Positions 58,695 through 64,000 of a stretch of DNA of 64,000 nucleotides are shown here, in pieces (the first letter of the stretch is position 1; every line of letters starts with the position of its first letter). The DNA comes from a virus. Its lineage: Duplodnaviria > Heunggongvirae > Uroviricota > Caudoviricetes. The position numbers and the translations under genes are program-made. The DNA is taken from the IMG/VR virus record IMGVR_UViG_3300031772_000005. One strand, 5' to 3'. Under the pieces are notes generated by a model. It was not told where the DNA came from. It searched no databases and was given only the letters and a program-made list of their open reading frames with translations.

Positions 58695-60986
58695 TTAATA
58701 GAACATAAATGGAAATACATCTGATCCCATTACATAACCAGAAGTATGTGCACCACCATTTTTTGATTCAGCATTTTGCATGATCTTATCCATATTGAGA
58801 GTAGATTGTGTTTGTGAACTCATTGCAGCTTTAGCAGCTGCCGTAGCTTGTTCTACACTAAAACCTTGTCCTATATACTTTTGTAATAAACTATCAAAAG
58901 TTGCTCCTGGAACTTCTCCAGTTAACTCTTTACCACCTTCAAACCATAAATTACCTGTTCTAGCATCTATATCATATTGTGGATATAATCCATTAGTTAA
59001 AGCCAAGTTAGATGCATTCTTCCAACCCGTACCAAATGCTTGTCTTACATTTTGATCAGCTGCAATTTTTGCATTATCAAATTGTTGATTAGCCATTGTA
59101 TTCTGATCATATAATCTTTGAGCCGCACCTTGATTTATACCTTGAGCTTGATTTCTAGTATTAGCTGCATTTTGAGTAAACGTATTGGCTATATCAACAT
59201 TAGCATTGTTATATTTAGATAATGTATTAGCAGCTTGTTCTGCTCCTGTACCTTGTATACTTGACATATTAGATGCAAAAGCTTGAGGTCCACTAAACTG
59301 TCCTAATTGTTGCGCCATTAAATTAGCATATTCACTTTGTTGAGCTAAGTCTCTTGTTGGATCTAAATATGTTGGATCTGGAACTTCTGGTTCAAATCTT
59401 GGAGCCCAAGGCATATACTTTTTAATTCTTGATTTATCTTTAAGTGCACCATAATAATTTAACTTATCAGGAGTCATCCATTCAGCTTGACGTAACTCAG
59501 GAGCTTCTTCAAAATCAGGAGTATATTCATCAGCTCTTTTAATAGCTCCTGCTTTTATTTCTTCAGGTGTTAATTTAATACCATCAGCAGCTGCTTCTTT
59601 CATAACATATTTATTATACATTTCCGGATTTGTTTCATCATGCCAATACTTATCACCATTCTGATCAATAGATCCTTCTTTTTTCATTTGAGCTTCATAG
59701 TCAGCTTTATTTAATTTTACTGTTTGTGTATCTAAAGCACGGTACCACCATTCATCATCTTTATAACCAGCACTAATATCAGCAGCTGAAACCTTACCTG
59801 CTTTTAAAGCATCTACAATATCTTGATTTGTTTTTACTGTAATACCTTTTTTCTTTAATGTAGCTTTTACTGCATTACTAGGTTGGTGACTTACATTTTG
59901 TATGTAGTCAGCTACTAATTCAGGATTACTTTCAAGAATTTTTTGTTGCATTTCTCCTGCAGCTTTTTTAATATCAGCTTCAGTAAGAGGTTTACCTTTT
60001 CCTCCAATAGGTTCTAAACCATATTTATCTCTATAGAAGTTTAATCTAACTACTGACTCTGCATTAGTGTAAGCTTCTTTCATACCATAAGGGGTTCCTC
60101 CTGATTGTAATTTAGGCATACTACCTCCTCTAGCATATTCTTGAGGTACTTTCTCATAATCTGTATATTCAGGATATACGTATCCCGGATTAAATGGAGC
60201 TGATTCTGAATTCATTTCATAACCATATTGACCCATTGGCATAGCAATAGGTTCACCATTAGGCATTTGTTGTGGAGCTTCCATCATCTCTTCTTGAGGA
60301 TTTTGTTCCATACCTTGTTCCATTCCCTCTTCTTGAGGAGATTGTTGTTGAGCTAATTCTGGAATTAAATCTTCATCTGCTATATTATTAGCTTCCATAT
60401 ATGGCCTAGCTACTTCAGGTATACCTTGAGGAAAACCTTTTTTAGCTTCTTGTGCTACAGCAAGGGCTCCTAATTTCATAGTATAATTACGGATCATAAT
60501 CTCTGCAGTCTTTCTTTCTAAAGTACTTGAGTTAGGATCTTGTAATAATTTTCTATATTTACTTAAGTCATATTGTTTAGCTAATGTAGCTGGTGTATAT
60601 GATTTAGTATCTTTTACACTTTTACCAAATTGAGCTAATATTTTAGGATCCTTAAGCATCATTGATTTAGTATCACTAAAGATAAAAGTATCATCTGGAA
60701 GATTTAATGGTACACCTCCTGAAGAATGTCTAGGCCCTTTAATAGTAAGGTGTTCTGCCATACCATCACCATTAATGTCACCATAAACAGTTTCTCCTCC
60801 TTCAGCTTCTAAATTAGCTTCATCTCTAGGTACAGCTGAAATAGTATTAGCTACACTGATATTTTCAGGCCCACTACTCATATCTGCTCCACCCCAACTA
60901 AGAGATTGGTTAGGTGCTATTTGATTACCATTAATTTTACCTCCTGTAGCTTTACCAGGTAGTTTGGTTATTTTTACTCTATACAT
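58695..60986 (-). CDS. structural protein (763 aa), Q/N-rich C-terminal half
   Basis: 2.3-kb ORF; MEQGMEQ repeat; Ca-binding-like loop DINGDGMAEH near the N-terminus. Confidence 0.55.
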   Translation of the reverse strand: MYRVKITKLPGKATGGKINGNQIAPNQSLSWGGADMSSGPENISVANTISAVPRDEANLEAEGGETVYGDINGDGMAEHLTIKGPRHSSGGVPLNLPDDTFIFSDTKSMMLKDPKILAQFGKSVKDTKSYTPATLAKQYDLSKYRKLLQDPNSSTLERKTAEIMIRNYTMKLGALAVAQEAKKGFPQGIPEVARPYMEANNIADEDLIPELAQQQSPQEEGMEQGMEQNPQEEMMEAPQQMPNGEPIAMPMGQYGYEMNSESAPFNPGYVYPEYTDYEKVPQEYARGGSMPKLQSGGTPYGMKEAYTNAESVVRLNFYRDKYGLEPIGGKGKPLTEADIKKAAGEMQQKILESNPELVADYIQNVSHQPSNAVKATLKKKGITVKTNQDIVDALKAGKVSAADISAGYKDDEWWYRALDTQTVKLNKADYEAQMKKEGSIDQNGDKYWHDETNPEMYNKYVMKEAAADGIKLTPEEIKAGAIKRADEYTPDFEEAPELRQAEWMTPDKLNYYGALKDKSRIKKYMPWAPRFEPEVPDPTYLDPTRDLAQQSEYANLMAQQLGQFSGPQAFASNMSSIQGTGAEQAANTLSKYNNANVDIANTFTQNAANTRNQAQGINQGAAQRLYDQNTMANQQFDNAKIAADQNVRQAFGTGWKNASNLALTNGLYPQYDIDARTGNLWFEGGKELTGEVPGATFDSLLQKYIGQGFSVEQATAAAKAAMSSQTQSTLNMDKIMQNAESKNGGAHTSGYVMGSDVFPFMFY

Positions 60987-60996
60987 AATACTTTTA

Positions 60997-63963
60997 TTAA
61001 ATAAATTCTAATTCACCACCTTCTGCTAAAAACTGTCGGATCTGTTCTTCAGACATCCATGTTTCTTCACCTTGGAGACTACCACCTTTTTTACCCATTC
61101 TAAGACCGTTATCTCCTTCTTGATCTAATCTAAATCTACCTTCTTGATCCCAATCACCTCTATCTTTTTCATTAGTAGTAGCATATAACTGATCTGCATT
61201 ATATATATTACCTTGATTTCTATTTTGTTTAGCAGAATTAAATTGATCTAATAATGATATACCTTTATTTAATCCGGCATTAGTAAAATCTAGTGCACTT
61301 TGTGCATCAATGTTCCACTCTTGTTTATTTTTAAACTTTTGTGAAAATTGATTCATAGCACCATTTTGCTTTTCTTCATCAGATAATAAACCATTATTTT
61401 GATATGCTCCATCTTCTCCCATTTGAATACCAGCTTTTTGACCAGTTACATCATTAGTAAAGTTTTTCTCCATAGCCAAAGGATTCTCACGCATTAGCTT
61501 ATCCGCATTACCTTCAAAATTAGTTTTAGGTGCATGAATATCACCGGCTAAATTTTTATAAACTCCTGTTCCATTAGGATCTTTAAAATATCCAAATGGT
61601 ATATTAGATCCGGTATCACCAAACTGAGCTTGAGGAAGTGCTGTACCTCCTTTTTGTAAAAGTTTTAAATAACCTTCATATAAATTAATATCAACATTTT
61701 TTAATCTATTTAAGTAATCCAATTTTTGTGTAGGTGACATTTTTGCAAACTGACGTTTTCCAGTATTATCAATAGCTTGTTGACTTTTTCTAAATGCTCT
61801 AGGATCTTCTTGCGTATAACTTTCTTTTAAATCTTGTAATTTTTGAAAGTTTTTAGCTTCTTTATTTTGATAATCGGCTCTTTCTTGCCTACTCATATTT
61901 TTTGAATTATCATCTAACCATGTAGTTTCTGGTGTTTTCTTTTTAACAGTTTCTGGTGTACGTCTAAATGTACGTTGAGAAACAAGTTCATTCTTATTAT
62001 TTTGAGTTGGTGTAACTCTAACATTTGAAGCATTAGTTATAGGTTGTACATTTTCTGGAATAGCTTGAGGACCTACTTGTTGTGTATAGTCAAGAGATTC
62101 TAAATCACCAAGTTCTGGATATTGTTGACTTTGATCATACATTTTTTGCAATTCATAATTTTGCATTTCTTCAGCTGATACATCACCTTGACTTTGATTA
62201 TATAAATCTTGTTCATTAGGTACACCTAATAATCCAGCACCAAATCCAGCTAAATCTTGATTTCTTTGTTGATTATATTGTTGATCATAAAGTGCATCTT
62301 CTTCTGTACTTGGTCCTTCTTGTCCTTCTTCTAATGGAAGAGGTTCTTGTCTTGCTTGATAATTAGGATCAGCATTAAATTGATTTGGTATAATTTCTTG
62401 ATTTTGCATATAACTTTCTCGTGGTATAGCTTCAGGACTATACTTATTAGATCTTGTAAGCATATTAATATCTGAATCTACAGTTGGAGCTGGTTCATAA
62501 GTTTCATTTTCTAATTGTTCTTGAGTAGGAGGTATAAATTTTAATTCTGCTGCTAACTTAGGATCTACAGTATCTTCACCTGGATAATGACCATATATTT
62601 TTTTATATGCTTCATCATTTTTATCATGAAAACCTGTAGTACTTTGTTCCGTTGGAGCAAAATTCTTTTCAGTTAATCTTCTGTACATACTACGTGCTCT
62701 AGATTCCGGTTTATCAGCTGTACCAATAACACCTTTTGTACCTTCATTAGATCCCATCCAATGTGTTTGCCCATCAGAACCTTTATAACTTTGTGGTGTA
62801 CCTGATGCATTAATACCTGGTTTCCCCGGTACATTATAGTTTACTGTAAACTTTTTTGCATCTCCTTTATTAGGACCAAATCTTCTAATTTTATCTACTT
62901 TAATACTACTTACTTGTGCATTAGGTCCAATCATTCCACTAATAGGATTAAGTGTTCCTGTACCATATGGTCTACCTACTGGTTTATTCCAATTAGCTCC
63001 ACGGGTTATACCATTAGGAGGCATAAAAACAGATGGGTTATACTGTATACCTTGACTTCTTAAATACTGTTGAGCATAATCAAAATTTTGAGGATTAGTA
63101 TTTTGAGTTGTATTAGTATTTGATGCATTTGTAGTAGGAGATACTCTATGATTTAAACCAGCTCTTTCAGCTTCAGCTAATGTACCTTTTCTGACTACAT
63201 TACCTGATGTATCTAAAATATCAACTACAGTGTTATCTGTTTGACCAGCTGTTTGAAAATATCCACCTTGCTGAAAGTAAGGACTAATAGTATTTTTAGA
63301 ATCAGAATAATCTAAATCATATTGACTAAAGTCTTCTCCTCCTCCTGTAAATCTTGTTAATCCGGATTCTTCATCTGTAAAACCGCCTTGTTGATATCCC
63401 ATCCACTTTAATGGATCTTCTTTAAAAGATTCCCATGATGACATTGATTCTTTTGTAAAAGAACCAGCAGGCATAATTTTATTATATACTTTACCATCTG
63501 CTGATACATGCCTAATATGTAAATTACCTTTTGCATCTACATGTCTACCAGACTTTAAATCTGTACGTATTGGAGATTTACTAGTAGTTGCACTACTTTT
63601 ATTAGCATCTTTATTATTACTTTTACTAGTACTTTTACTAGTACTTACACTACTACTTGTACTAGTACTTTTTTTTCCATTACTAGTACCTACAATTTCA
63701 ATTTCATCAGCTGTAGGTAACGTTGTTTTAGTAACTACTTCTTCAGCTACAACAGGTGCAGTTTCGTCTGCAGTTACTACAACTTCTGGTATTACTTCTT
63801 TTTCAGCAACATCATCTTTTACTATTTCTTGTGTAACAGCTTCTGATCTATTACTATTATATGCAGGTTGATTAAAATTAATAGTATATTCTTTTGGTCT
63901 ACCAAACATACCTGTTCTACGTACATCAATATTAGCTAAACCTAAGTTACCTTGATTAGGCAT
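60997..63963 (-). CDS. structural protein (at least 988 aa) with Ser/Thr-rich linker; may extend beyond the window
   Basis: Reading frame stays open upstream of the ATG at 63963 through position 64000; S/T/K-rich low-complexity segment KKSTSTSSSVSTSKSTSKSNNK. Confidence 0.55.
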   Translation of the reverse strand: MPNQGNLGLANIDVRRTGMFGRPKEYTINFNQPAYNSNRSEAVTQEIVKDDVAEKEVIPEVVVTADETAPVVAEEVVTKTTLPTADEIEIVGTSNGKKSTSTSSSVSTSKSTSKSNNKDANKSSATTSKSPIRTDLKSGRHVDAKGNLHIRHVSADGKVYNKIMPAGSFTKESMSSWESFKEDPLKWMGYQQGGFTDEESGLTRFTGGGEDFSQYDLDYSDSKNTISPYFQQGGYFQTAGQTDNTVVDILDTSGNVVRKGTLAEAERAGLNHRVSPTTNASNTNTTQNTNPQNFDYAQQYLRSQGIQYNPSVFMPPNGITRGANWNKPVGRPYGTGTLNPISGMIGPNAQVSSIKVDKIRRFGPNKGDAKKFTVNYNVPGKPGINASGTPQSYKGSDGQTHWMGSNEGTKGVIGTADKPESRARSMYRRLTEKNFAPTEQSTTGFHDKNDEAYKKIYGHYPGEDTVDPKLAAELKFIPPTQEQLENETYEPAPTVDSDINMLTRSNKYSPEAIPRESYMQNQEIIPNQFNADPNYQARQEPLPLEEGQEGPSTEEDALYDQQYNQQRNQDLAGFGAGLLGVPNEQDLYNQSQGDVSAEEMQNYELQKMYDQSQQYPELGDLESLDYTQQVGPQAIPENVQPITNASNVRVTPTQNNKNELVSQRTFRRTPETVKKKTPETTWLDDNSKNMSRQERADYQNKEAKNFQKLQDLKESYTQEDPRAFRKSQQAIDNTGKRQFAKMSPTQKLDYLNRLKNVDINLYEGYLKLLQKGGTALPQAQFGDTGSNIPFGYFKDPNGTGVYKNLAGDIHAPKTNFEGNADKLMRENPLAMEKNFTNDVTGQKAGIQMGEDGAYQNNGLLSDEEKQNGAMNQFSQKFKNKQEWNIDAQSALDFTNAGLNKGISLLDQFNSAKQNRNQGNIYNADQLYATTNEKDRGDWDQEGRFRLDQEGDNGLRMGKKGGSLQGEETWMSEEQIRQFLAEGGELEFI

Positions 63964-64000
63964 AAATTGAGTAAATTGAGAAAGAGGATCATTACCTTGC

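Noticed and set aside
36750-59055. Short + strand ORFs inside the giant minus-strand genes (36750, 40439, 43616, 44921, 46592, 51713, 52410, 54039, 56068, 58012, 58780)
   Set aside because: Antisense to uninterrupted multi-kb ORFs. They have Ser/Leu-rich low-complexity translations typical of reverse frames.
60700-60790. DINGDGMAEH in the 763-aa protein as a second RNAP beta-prime-like DxDGD loop
   Set aside because: It equally fits an EF-hand or dockerin-type Ca-binding loop (D-x-N-x-D-G), the middle Asp is missing, and no surrounding RNAP-like context is visible. Too ambiguous.
1-64000. CRISPR arrays, rRNA, integrase or transposase signatures
   Set aside because: No regularly spaced direct repeats, no rRNA-like GC-rich stretches and no recombinase motifs were seen.

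Overview
This window is an AT-rich (~30% GC) double-stranded DNA phage genome segment with two convergent modules that meet at a bidirectional terminator near 31.7 kb.

Positions 1-31,650 on the + strand hold a dense replication and auxiliary module. Genes with recognisable motifs are:
- an SF2 helicase
- a DnaB-family helicase core
- a Toprim primase candidate
- a family-B DNA polymerase
- a uracil-DNA-glycosylase-like protein
- a PD-(D/E)XK exonuclease
- an AAA_24 (Sak4-like) ATPase
- two separate AAA_5 (MoxR/CbbQ-type) ATPase + VWA-domain gene pairs
- an SPFH/band-7 protein flanked by small membrane proteins
- a glucosaminidase-type lysin
- many small ORFs, including tandem paralogs and several sub-60-aa ORFs missing from the ORF track

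Positions 31,715-64,000 on the - strand hold six very large genes (763 to 3,734 aa) that look like virion or ejected proteins. The 3,734-aa protein carries a DFDVD...MMPH motif reminiscent of the RNAP beta-prime NADFDGDQMAVH catalytic loop. It is therefore a candidate crAss-like virion RNA polymerase. The neighbouring 1,978-aa protein embeds a RecB/Cas4-like PD-(D/E)XK nuclease domain. The 2,020-aa protein carries LysM and HExxH motifs.

Three homing-endonuclease families are present: HNH (two copies), LAGLIDADG and GIY-YIG. Two of these sit inside apparent group I introns with recognisable P/Q/S core elements. One intron splits an AAA_24 ATPase gene and the other splits a metallopeptidase-VWA gene.

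A 490-nt GC-enriched non-coding island (8012-8503), paired hairpins with identical loops, and terminators that share a UGUAAU loop are unexplained by protein coding.

The lack of Shine-Dalgarno sequences and the overall architecture suggest a crAss-like (Crassvirales-type) phage of a low-GC Bacteroidota host. This is inference from sequence features only.
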